Shown here one piece after another: positions 17,513 through 25,789 of a stretch of 26,658 nt of DNA. The notes below the pieces were generated by a model, which had not been told where the DNA came from, ran no database searches, and was given only the letters and a program-made list of their open reading frames with translations. Both the position numbers and the translations under genes were made by a program. How positions within the stretch are numbered: position 1 is the first letter of the stretch; each line of letters opens with the position of its first letter. The DNA comes from a virus (Duplodnaviria > Caudoviricetes). The DNA is taken from the IMG/VR virus record IMGVR_UViG_3300030523_000132, positions 1-26,658 of that record; one strand, written 5' to 3'.

Positions 17513-18970
17513 TTAGTAGAGGACGTCGCGGCCCACGACGACCGCGGCGGGGTGGTGGGGCTGGATGTCGTGCCGGACGACGGCGCGGAACAGCACCTCC
17601 GCCGCCTGGAAGGCGTTCACCTGGGAGCCACCGGCGTCCACGTAGGAAGCCTGGTCGGCCACCGCGATCTCCACCTCGCCACGCTGACCGACGAAGATCT
17701 CCGAGAGCTCCATGTACGCGAGGTACGTGGTGTTCCCGGTGCCCGTCGTCGCCAGCGGGATCTGGGTCGTGGTGTAGAATGGACGCCCGAACAGCGTGCC
17801 CTCGGCACCCGACAGGGTCGAGTCCTGGGGGTTCAAGTAATCGGCGAAGATGGGCCGCCCCTGCGAATCGACGATCTTGCGGATGGTCCCTTCGAGGTCG
17901 GGGGACGACACCCAGATCCGCTTCACGTTGCGGACGTTGGCCTTCTTCAGGCGCGTCTGCATGTCGATCAGGTAGTTGTACGTCACCGCGGTGCCGTTGG
18001 TCCCCGCGGCGATCACCTGCACGTCCGAGCGGGTCAGGAGGCCCTGCGGGGCGGTGGTGGAGCCGGCGCCGACGAGGAATTGGTAGTCCTCGGTCAGGGC
18101 GAGCTGGCGGCCAAGGTCCTCACGGACCAACGTCTCCACGGCCGGATCAGCGTCGTTCACCAGCTCCCAGCTCATCGGGACCAGGGCCGCGAGGGTCTTG
18201 GCCGACAGGTGGAACTGGTCGAAGGTCTGCTGCGAGACGGTGATCGGAGCCGTTTCACCCCGGTAGTAGGCGCGCGCCGTCCCGGAAACCCGGGGCTGGT
18301 AAATATCTCGGGCGCCCATCGGGAGCACGGTGACGCCGGCGCGCCGGAGGACGGTGTTGGCGTACAGGTAGCCGATGATCTCCTTCGAGAAGATCGGAGG
18401 CACGATGTAGCCACCGGACGGCCCGGCCACGGCATCGACGGCTCCGTTGCCCTCGACGAGGGCCTTGCCGCCCGCACCGGTCTTCATGCCGTTCAGGACC
18501 TGGATGCGCCCGATCTCGGACCGGTCGCGGTTGGCCAGAGCCTTCAGGAAGTGGACGAAGTCGTGGGGCTCCTTGTCGCCCGCGTCGGTCGTCACGACCG
18601 CGGGGCCGCCCTTGCCACCAGCGGTGGGGTGGACAAAGGTGCGCGTGGGGGTGGCGCCGGTTCCGTTGAGGCCACGGGATTCGAGGACGCGCTCCAGGAC
18701 GGCCGCGATGCGGTCTTCCTCGCCGTCCGTGTGCTCCTTGACGCCCGCATCGATCGTCGCCTGGAGCTCGCGCTCCGCCTTCTCCTTGCGGAGGGCTTCG
18801 AGCTCGTTGCGCTCGCCCTCGACCAGCGTCTCCTGGCCAGCGAGCAGCTGCGTCAGGGTCGCGCTCTTGAGGCCGATCTGGGCCTCGATCTCCTTGCGCT
18901 CGTCGCCCGTCGCGGCGTCGCGCTGTGCCTCCAGCCGCGCGATCGCGGCCGCCAGTTCCTTGGGATCCAT
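17513..18970 (-). CDS. HK97-fold major capsid protein with N-terminal scaffold (delta) domain
   Basis: Coiled-coil N-terminus, then GGYIVPPIFSKEII, LSAKTLAALVPMSWEL, DSQGRPIF, GTLFGRP. GAAGGAG RBS. Confidence 0.96.
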   Translation of the reverse strand: MDPKELAAAIARLEAQRDAATGDERKEIEAQIGLKSATLTQLLAGQETLVEGERNELEALRKEKAERELQATIDAGVKEHTDGEEDRIAAVLERVLESRGLNGTGATPTRTFVHPTAGGKGGPAVVTTDAGDKEPHDFVHFLKALANRDRSEIGRIQVLNGMKTGAGGKALVEGNGAVDAVAGPSGGYIVPPIFSKEIIGYLYANTVLRRAGVTVLPMGARDIYQPRVSGTARAYYRGETAPITVSQQTFDQFHLSAKTLAALVPMSWELVNDADPAVETLVREDLGRQLALTEDYQFLVGAGSTTAPQGLLTRSDVQVIAAGTNGTAVTYNYLIDMQTRLKKANVRNVKRIWVSSPDLEGTIRKIVDSQGRPIFADYLNPQDSTLSGAEGTLFGRPFYTTTQIPLATTGTGNTTYLAYMELSEIFVGQRGEVEIAVADQASYVDAGGSQVNAFQAAEVLFRAVVRHDIQPHHPAAVVVGRDVLY

Positions 18971-18997
18971 GGGGCATTACTCCTTCGCCGTGGTGGC

Positions 18998-19018
18998 GTT
19001 GGTTGTGGGGGTGGGGGA
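18998..19018 (-). promoter_or_regulatory. C/A-rich 21-nt leader element, copy 1 (upstream of capsid gene)
   Basis: TCCCCCACCCCCACAACCAAC on the minus strand, 20/21 identical to 21112-21132. Confidence 0.45.
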
Positions 19019-19031
19019 TGGTGGTGGGTGG

Positions 19032-20444
19032 TCAGTCGGCAGACGCCACTTGGGCGATCTGCTCGTTGGTGAGCCCGAACGTGTCACGGAGGAGGGCGAT
19101 CACGCCCAGCACCGCGTCCAGGGTGGCCTTGCTGTGGGTGCGTCCCGCTTTGGTCCCTCGGTCCATCTCCAGGAGGATGGGCAGGGCCGCGCGGAGGCGC
19201 TCTCGGAGGTCAGGGTGTGCGGCCAGGAACGCCTTCGCTCCCGCCGTGCCGGTCTTGGTCCCGTCTGCGCTCTCGACGCGCTCACGCGCCGTCCCGCCGG
19301 GTGCCGCGCCGCGCGCGGTGGTGGATGCGTTGCGGTTGGCCTTGATCCCCATGGCTCGTCGTTCCAGGGCACACACCGGGCATGCGTTGCCGTCATGGGC
19401 TCCCTGGTATTGCGGCGAACGGCCCATCAAGCAGCCGTGCAGGGAGAAGTCGAGGGCCGCCTGCGCGGCCTTCATGAACTCGGTCCATTGCTCCCGGGAG
19501 ATCGAGTTCGCCGACGACGATTGGTCCTCCAAGACCAAGACGCCCTCCGGCTCGAGCACCTCCAACGTCATGAGATCCTTGACGCCGTACATCGCACGGC
19601 TCGACACGCACAGCGGGCATTGCTCGCTGTCGTGCTTGCCCTGGTACTCGGGGGGACGAGCCAGGAGGTGATCGTGGAGCCCGCGGTCGTTGTTCTGCTG
19701 GGCCTGGGCCATGGTGTCGCTCCACGCGGAGCGCGGGATCACACCGAGGACGCTCTGCGATTCGAGGCCGTCGTCGGCGTCCACGACGCCCGCCGCGTCG
19801 TCGTCCTTGCCACCGATCGTCGGCATCGGCACCGTGCCGACCACCGACGATAGCGCCTTGCTGCCGACGCTGAACACCGCGCTGGGTAGGCACGGGTTAT
19901 CCGTAATCGACAACTCCGACATACTCCATTGAGCCAAGGCACGACCCACGCGGATGAAGGAGCCTCCAACCGAGTAGCCGCGGATGGCCCCGGCCTTGAT
20001 GCCGGCGTAGATCTCCGCGAAGCGTCGGCGCTTTGCCTCGCTCTTGAACGCGGGATCCTTGGGGACGAAGCTCTCGACGTAGAGGCCTTGATCGTCCACC
20101 TCGTGCTTGACCGCCTTGCCGACGCGCGAGCAGCCGAGGACGGCGTCACGGCCGTGCTGCCACCAGATCACCGGTTCCGCCTCGCCGCCCCACGCATCCG
20201 TGATGTCGTGGAAGGCGGTGGTTGCCTGGTATTCCCCGGAGAGATCGATCTCGTTGAACTTGCTGGCGTAGCCCTTGAGGAGCAGGCCGAGCTTGCCATC
20301 GATCTCCACCTCTTCCACGGTCTTCACGCCGAAGTCGAGGACCCACGGCGTGATCGCGGCGGCCTCCATGGTGGCACTGGCGGCCACGGGAGGCGCGGCC
20401 GTGGACTTCCCACCGATGCCCGTGGCGGTTGCGATGCTGGTCAT
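19032..20444 (-). CDS. HK97-type prohead protease with long C-terminal extension (470 aa)
   Basis: GYASKFNEID, WQH (catalytic His), DDQGLYVE, GYSVGG (catalytic Ser), ELSITDNPC. ATG 20444 behind AGGAGG. Confidence 0.92.
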   Translation of the reverse strand: MTSIATATGIGGKSTAAPPVAASATMEAAAITPWVLDFGVKTVEEVEIDGKLGLLLKGYASKFNEIDLSGEYQATTAFHDITDAWGGEAEPVIWWQHGRDAVLGCSRVGKAVKHEVDDQGLYVESFVPKDPAFKSEAKRRRFAEIYAGIKAGAIRGYSVGGSFIRVGRALAQWSMSELSITDNPCLPSAVFSVGSKALSSVVGTVPMPTIGGKDDDAAGVVDADDGLESQSVLGVIPRSAWSDTMAQAQQNNDRGLHDHLLARPPEYQGKHDSEQCPLCVSSRAMYGVKDLMTLEVLEPEGVLVLEDQSSSANSISREQWTEFMKAAQAALDFSLHGCLMGRSPQYQGAHDGNACPVCALERRAMGIKANRNASTTARGAAPGGTARERVESADGTKTGTAGAKAFLAAHPDLRERLRAALPILLEMDRGTKAGRTHSKATLDAVLGVIALLRDTFGLTNEQIAQVASAD

Positions 20445-20510
20445 CCGTGTCCTCCTGTGTGGTGTCGTGGTCTTCCTGTCCGGCGTGGCGGCGATGGATG
20501 GCGAGGGGAA

Positions 20511-20546
20511 CGACGAGGACCGATGCGGTTGCATCGGTCCTCGTCG
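20511..20546 (-). terminator. Perfect 16-bp hairpin after the 170-aa gene
   Basis: CGACGAGGACCGATGC-GGTT-GCATCGGTCCTCGTCG. Confidence 0.7.
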
Positions 20547-20565
20547 CAGGGCCGCGTTCGTGGCG

Positions 20566-21078
20566 TTAGTAGACGGCGACCTTGCGGGCCACGCCGTTGA
20601 TGAGCAGGGTGACGTACCCGGCGGGGGTCGCGGGCAGGGCCGCTCCGGCACCAGCGGCGGGCGCCGTGGTGGCGAACGCGCCGGCCAGCGGGTAGTTGGC
20701 GACCCCCTGCGGGTTCATGACGACCGCCGAGATGACGCCAGCCGCCACCGTGACGGTGGCCACCGCCAGCGCGCGGGTGGACGGTGCGACCGCCGCCACG
20801 GACCAGGCCGGGATGTCGTCGTTGTTGCCCCACGTGTCGTCGAGCCAGAGCGTGTACGTCCCGGCCACCGTGTTCCCCGGGATGGTCGTCGATGCGAGGT
20901 GCTCGTCCGGAGCGCCCAGGAGGGTGCCGTCGGCCAGGAGCGCCCAGGCGGTCGCGGCCACGGTGACGTCCAGCGTCGAGGCGGTGGTCCCGTCGGCCGC
21001 CGCAGTGATCCCGGCGTACCCCGAGATGCCAAGGGCTTCATTGACGGCTTCGGGGGTAACGGACTGTACGGATTCCAT
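20566..21078 (-). CDS. Putative capsid decoration or head-fibre protein (170 aa)
   Basis: GAAGGAG RBS, A/T/G-rich. C-terminus ALPATPAGYVTLLINGVARKVAVY resembles ends of phage fibre proteins (from memory). Confidence 0.55.
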   Translation of the reverse strand: MESVQSVTPEAVNEALGISGYAGITAAADGTTASTLDVTVAATAWALLADGTLLGAPDEHLASTTIPGNTVAGTYTLWLDDTWGNNDDIPAWSVAAVAPSTRALAVATVTVAAGVISAVVMNPQGVANYPLAGAFATTAPAAGAGAALPATPAGYVTLLINGVARKVAVY

Positions 21079-21105
21079 CGTGGTGCTCCTTCGTGTGCGT
21101 GCGGG

Positions 21106-23304
21106 TCAGCGGTTGGTGGTGGGGGTGGGGGAAGAGGCCACGACGCCAGCGCCGACATCGTGGCCCCAATCGCGGAGGTTCGCGGCCCAGCCGGGCAGCG
21201 CCTGGTCGTTCTTGGGTCGCTCGGCTAGGTGGCGCTCGATGTAGCCGATCGCCTTCCGCATGTGCCGGAGGTCCTCGACGCCGAGAGCATCGTCGGGCTT
21301 GCCGAGGATCTCGATGATGCGGCGCCCGCTCCGGGTCGCGCCGACGCTCTTCGCGCCGGTGCCTTGGCTTTGGTCGCCCACGGGCTCGGTGGTGGCCTCG
21401 CGTGCGGAGAGCCAGCCGTGCAACCCCGTGGGGGAGACGTTGATCAGCTCGCGGAACCGCGCGATGGTCGCCGCGCGCTCCAGGTCGGCCGTGGTCCGTA
21501 CGATGCCAGTGGCCAGGGATTCCACCGTGCGGGCGCCGGTGCCCACGGGAGCGCGCGGCGTTGCCAGGACGGCGGCGCTGGCTTTGCCTCCAGTGCCGCC
21601 TTCAAGGGACGGCGTGGAGAGCCGCGCCGCGCGTTGTGTCCGCTCCTGGGCGCGCCGCGCGGCGGCGGAGAGGAGCATCGGGTTGTACGTGGGCGGTGTC
21701 CGTCGCCGCTCGGTGACGGACGGAGGAGGCGCGGCCTTCGCTCCGGCCCGTGGGGCCGGAGGCCGCGCCGTGCGCTTCGTGTTCGTGGAGGCCGCGCCGC
21801 GCCGCGCCGGAACGACCGGGACGGACGTGGATGGGGCCGTCCCACCGGGGGCCGGGTTGGGATCGGCGTTGTCCTGCCCGACCTCCTCGTCGTCCTCCGC
21901 CGCTTCCTCGTCGAGGTCCTCGGGCGCATCCGTCCGCCGCTCGTCGCGGAATGGGAGTAGCTCGAGCTTCTCGCGGTAGTCCTCGGGGATCAGCGACCAG
22001 CCCTTCGGGAGCACGATCGCCTGGCCCGCCGGGTCGTCCTCGTCGAACGGGTCCAGCCCGGCATACACACGGATGTCGTTGATCGTCGCCGCTCCCGTGT
22101 TGGCCAGGTGCTGCGCCGCCGTCGAGCGCGCCACGAGGTCGTTGATCTCCTTGGATGGGTGCTCGACGTGGTACGGTCCGAACCGCTCCACGACCAGGTT
22201 CCAGACCTTCTCCGACCGGACCAGCAGCGGCGTCATGGTCTCGCTCCAAAAGAACGAGTTCGCCTCCTGCCCATTCCTGTACGTGGTCTGGTCGAAGTCT
22301 CCGAGCATCTGCGGGGGAACGCCGATGAGTTGCAGCGCCTGGTTCCGGGTCATCTTTGCCAGGTCCACGAGCGGAATGTTGCCCATCGGCTCTTGGATGG
22401 GCTTGTAGTCGGCGCCCGCCCAGAGCATCGCGGTCTTGAACTCGTTGCGGCTGCCGTAGCGCAGCGTCCTCCACTCTTGGAGTTGCCGGTCGTAGTCCTC
22501 CTTCGAGACGTACTTCTCCGTCGTGATGACGCCATCCAGGATCGCGCCGCGCCCGAAGTAGTTGCGTTGGAGCTCCATCTGGAGACGCGAGGCGCTGAAG
22601 ACGGCCTCGCCGGCCTCGACGATCCCGATGCCCCACAAGGGGTTCGCGGGGTTGAAGAACTTGAGGTGGCCCACCTGGTCGCTCGGGAACGCGATCTCGC
22701 GCTTTTCGTTGTCGAGGATGACCTCGTACGTGTACGTGATCTCGCCCGTCGGGTCCTGGTATTGCGAGACCTTGTCGGGTGGCAGGCGGAACAGTTCGGT
22801 CGGGCGTCCCTTGCCGTCGAGGCTGTCCATGACGAGGAACCAATTCCCGGTCAGGAACAGGTCGTAGGCCAGGCTTTCGCGGAACTCGAAGCCGTTCATC
22901 CGGGGGTTCGGGCGCTTCAGCAGCCGCCGGAGCTCCGGGACCTTCGCGAGGTCCACCTCGTTGTCGTCGTCGTCGAGGAGGCGCAACGGCGTCGCCGCGT
23001 AGTTGTAGGCGATGAGCGACAGCGCGCTGTACACCACCGGGATGTTCAGTGCGTGGAGGTATTGCCCGAAGTTGTTCATGCGGCGGGTGGTCCCGGCGTC
23101 CATCGCGCGCATCATGGAGAAGCCGGGCTGTTGCGTGGCCTTGCCGCCGAAACCGACGCCGTAGTCGGGGTCGTCCTCCGGGCGTCCCCAGGAGAGCACC
23201 GGACCCCACGGAACGGGCCCGGACGGAGCAGCGGTCGTCTTGGAGCCACGGCGCAACGCGCGGGGGAGCAACTTCAACGAGGGCACGCGGTCGAACAGCG
23301 CCAT
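21106..23304 (-). CDS. HK97-family portal protein fused to a C-terminal DUF3140-like domain (732 aa)
   Basis: LLKRPNPRMNGFEF, LTGNWF, GHLKFFNP, GVPPQMLG, TINDIRVYAGLDP. Then an acidic and P/A/R-rich linker and SGRRIIEIL...HMRKAIGYIERHLA...WGHD. Confidence 0.93.
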   Translation of the reverse strand: MALFDRVPSLKLLPRALRRGSKTTAAPSGPVPWGPVLSWGRPEDDPDYGVGFGGKATQQPGFSMMRAMDAGTTRRMNNFGQYLHALNIPVVYSALSLIAYNYAATPLRLLDDDDNEVDLAKVPELRRLLKRPNPRMNGFEFRESLAYDLFLTGNWFLVMDSLDGKGRPTELFRLPPDKVSQYQDPTGEITYTYEVILDNEKREIAFPSDQVGHLKFFNPANPLWGIGIVEAGEAVFSASRLQMELQRNYFGRGAILDGVITTEKYVSKEDYDRQLQEWRTLRYGSRNEFKTAMLWAGADYKPIQEPMGNIPLVDLAKMTRNQALQLIGVPPQMLGDFDQTTYRNGQEANSFFWSETMTPLLVRSEKVWNLVVERFGPYHVEHPSKEINDLVARSTAAQHLANTGAATINDIRVYAGLDPFDEDDPAGQAIVLPKGWSLIPEDYREKLELLPFRDERRTDAPEDLDEEAAEDDEEVGQDNADPNPAPGGTAPSTSVPVVPARRGAASTNTKRTARPPAPRAGAKAAPPPSVTERRRTPPTYNPMLLSAAARRAQERTQRAARLSTPSLEGGTGGKASAAVLATPRAPVGTGARTVESLATGIVRTTADLERAATIARFRELINVSPTGLHGWLSAREATTEPVGDQSQGTGAKSVGATRSGRRIIEILGKPDDALGVEDLRHMRKAIGYIERHLAERPKNDQALPGWAANLRDWGHDVGAGVVASSPTPTTNR
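21112..21132 (-). promoter_or_regulatory. C/A-rich 21-nt leader element, copy 2 (upstream of 170-aa gene)
   Basis: TCCCCCACCCCCACCACCAAC on the minus strand, inside the last portal codons. Confidence 0.45.
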
Positions 23305-23340
23305 GCGGTGCCCCCTCTGCGTGGTGACTCGGCCGGTCGG

Positions 23341-24607
23341 TCAGGAGTAGATCTGGATGGGCACCATCTCCGCGAGGGCGTTGTAGGCGCCGGAGGCCGA
23401 GTCCACCTGGTCGTCGTGGCCACCGCCGGGGAACCGCGATAGCTCGTTGAGCCAGTCGCGGTTCCAGGCAGCGCGGAGGATCTTGACGTTCTTTGGCCTT
23501 GGCCTGGCCGGACAGGGGGAGCGCGCGGACGACCTTGTTCCCCGACGAGCGGACGCCTTCGAGGTAGAAGCCTCGGAGCACACGGCGGGCGTAGTGGTCG
23601 ATGACCGACACGCCGCTGCTGCCAGGCTCCTGCTCGATGCGAACGTGCACCGACGGTCCATCGAGTCTCGCCGTCTGGGCGACGAACTCCTCGACGTCCC
23701 CTGGAGCGCCGCGCATGCGTCGCACGTCCTCGACGTAGGCCACGCCGTCCGGGGCCAGGGCCATGAGCGTGCCCACGGTCCAGTCGGGGTCACGGTTGCC
23801 CTCGTGCACGGGCGTCCCAGCCAGGTCCCAGAAGCGGACCCGCTGGCGCGCCCGCGCGGGGGTGGCGTCCACCACCTCGAACCACTGCGGCTGGAACTGC
23901 GTCCCGCGCTCCGTCACCTCCCAGTTCCCGTCGAGGATCTGCGCGCGCAGCACCTCGTCCACCTCGTCCAGCGACCGCACGTAGTCCTCGTAGTCCAGCG
24001 CGGGGTTGTCGCTGGCCTTCGCGGGGACGAACACGCGGCCCTTCGACGCGCCCTCGATGAGGAAGCGTTGGCGCACCCACTCGTGACCAACGCCTCCCGG
24101 GTTTGCCGCCGAACGCATCCGCACGGGCACCCGTGCGCCCTTCAGCCGCCGGAGGCGCGTGAAGAGGTACGTGTACATGGATTCCGTGAACTGGGTCAAT
24201 TCGTCGAACCCGACGTACTGGAACGCCGCTCCCTGGTACCTGTACTTGTCGTTCTCGTTGTCGAGGTACCCGAAGGTGAGCGTGGCCCCGCTGGGGAAGT
24301 GGTAGCGCTTGTGCTCCGCGTTCCACCGCGCGTCGCTGTCGGCCAGCCAGGCGTGGCAGCGATTGAGGATGCTGTCCTGGAGGTTGAGCTGGGCGAAGGT
24401 CCGGCGCAGGATCAGGGCGTTGTAGCCCGGAACGTCCACGAATTGGAGCGAGCCCGCAAGGAGCGCCGATGATTTTCCTCCGCCACCCGCGCCGCCGTAG
24501 AAGGCCTCGCGGTACTCATTGACGATCGGGGAGAGGAACGCGCGTTGCTTTTCATTGGGGACCTGCGGGATGTACTTCGTCCACTTCGGCGTCGTCAGCG
24601 AGATCAT
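23341..24607 (-). CDS. terL: Terminase large subunit, split by a 1-nt frameshift near 23492-23494 (about 421 aa if repaired)
   Basis: Walker A GGAGGGGKS, Walker B YVGFDE, SAANPGG, nuclease RFWDLA. Final HDDQVD motif lies in another frame (ORF 23341..23793). Start uncertain. Confidence 0.92.
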
Positions 24608-25136
24608 CGTCTCCGTGTCGAGCGAGGGCGAGAACGCCGACGTCCCGGAGGATCTCGAAGACGCTCCGCGCGGTTGGTTCATCGCTCGTCACCTTCACGG
24701 CCACGGGGCCGCCCTGCGCGCCCTGGACCTCCTGGCGGGCCGTGGCCTCGCCGGTGTCCAACCTCTCGTCGTCGTTGGCTTGCTTGAGGAGCTTGAAGAT
24801 GGCGCTGACGACCCGATCGTTGAGGTCTTTGGGATCGAGGTGGTCCAACGCCCGGTCCGCGATGGTGCGCTGCTTGTCCGCGATGGAGATGCGCCGCTTG
24901 CGCCGTCGCTCGAGGTCCGCCAGGCGTTCCTTGCGTGCCTGCGCCTCCGCCTCCGCCGCGATCCGTTGATCGTGCTCGCGTGCGCGTTCCACCCAACGGT
25001 GCCATCCGCTCCAGCGGTCCATGAGCGTCTTGGACTTACCCAACCGCTGCGCGACCTTGGCCGTACTACGCTCCACTCCCATGTCGCGGTAGATCACGAA
25101 GGCTTCGAGGGCCTGCGCGGATTCCGTCGCCGCCAT
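24552..25136 (-). CDS. terS: Terminase small subunit
   Basis: HTH-type ESAQALEAFVIYRDMGVERSTAKVAQRLGKS...RWS...WVERA followed by coiled coil. Directly precedes TerL. GAGGTG RBS. Confidence 0.8.
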   Translation of the reverse strand: MAATESAQALEAFVIYRDMGVERSTAKVAQRLGKSKTLMDRWSGWHRWVERAREHDQRIAAEAEAQARKERLADLERRRKRRISIADKQRTIADRALDHLDPKDLNDRVVSAIFKLLKQANDDERLDTGEATARQEVQGAQGGPVAVKVTSDEPTARSVFEILRDVGVLALARHGDDDLADDAEVDEVHPAGPQ

Positions 25137-25176
25137 GGAGCACCTCGCCTTCGTTGGGTTCTTGGGTTGCTTGGAG

Positions 25177-25225
25177 GCGCGGCGGAGGGAGACGAGCCCT
25201 GGCGGGCCGTCTCCCTCCGCCGCGC
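25177..25225 (-). terminator. 18-bp inverted repeat after the 148-aa gene
   Basis: GCGCGGCGGAGGGAGACG (25177-25194) pairs with CGTCTCCCTCCGCCGCGC (25208-25225). Confidence 0.65.
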
Positions 25226-25240
25226 GTTGGGGTGCGGTGG

Positions 25241-25687
25241 TCAGCCGTTGAGGGCGCGGCCGCGGACGTTGAGGCCCTCGCCGCCGGTGTCCTGGTGACG
25301 GTCACCGCGCTCGTTGAGGTCCTTGACGCTGGCGCCCTTGCGGACGGCGTCGGCCACCTCGTGGGCGAGCGGGGACGCGGGGGAACCGCCTTGGTCCTCC
25401 TGGTAGAGCTCGCCCAAGATCCGGCGGAGCAGGTCGCGGGCGCGCTCGGTCAGGGTGGAGACGGAGGTGCCGAACACGCGGTCCACGCCACGCATGCCCT
25501 CCCTGGCAAGGTCGAAGCCTTCGGCGTGGCCGGTCGTGGCGGCCGTGGCCGGAGCCTCGGCAGCGGGGGAGGTCTCGACGGGAGCGCCGGGCTCCAGCGA
25601 GGTACCGGTGCTGGTGGCGTCGGCGCCCTTGGCCGGCTGCGCGGCGTCGTCGTTCGCCTTGATGGTGGTGGTCTTGTCGGTCGCCAT
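25241..25687 (-). CDS. Hypothetical protein (148 aa), disordered N-terminus
   Basis: ATG 25687 behind GAGGAGG. GC3-rich codons. Confidence 0.7.
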   Translation of the reverse strand: MATDKTTTIKANDDAAQPAKGADATSTGTSLEPGAPVETSPAAEAPATAATTGHAEGFDLAREGMRGVDRVFGTSVSTLTERARDLLRRILGELYQEDQGGSPASPLAHEVADAVRKGASVKDLNERGDRHQDTGGEGLNVRGRALNG

Positions 25688-25751
25688 GGTGTGTGTGCCT
25701 CCTCGGGCTAGGTGTTGGATGTGTCCGCGCCGAAGCCGGGCGGGTGATGGT

Positions 25752-25789
25752 GCCGTGACGCCCCTCCGGCACCGGAGGGGCGTCACGGC
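25752..25789. terminator. Perfect 18-bp inverted repeat overlapping the GH20-like stop codon
   Basis: GCCGTGACGCCCCTCCGG-CA-CCGGAGGGGCGTCACGGC. Confidence 0.65.

Noticed and set aside
21602-24682. 1026-aa ORF suggesting a giant terminase fusion
   Set aside because: After the frameshift near 23493 the translation is Arg/Gly/Pro-rich off-frame read-through of the portal gene.
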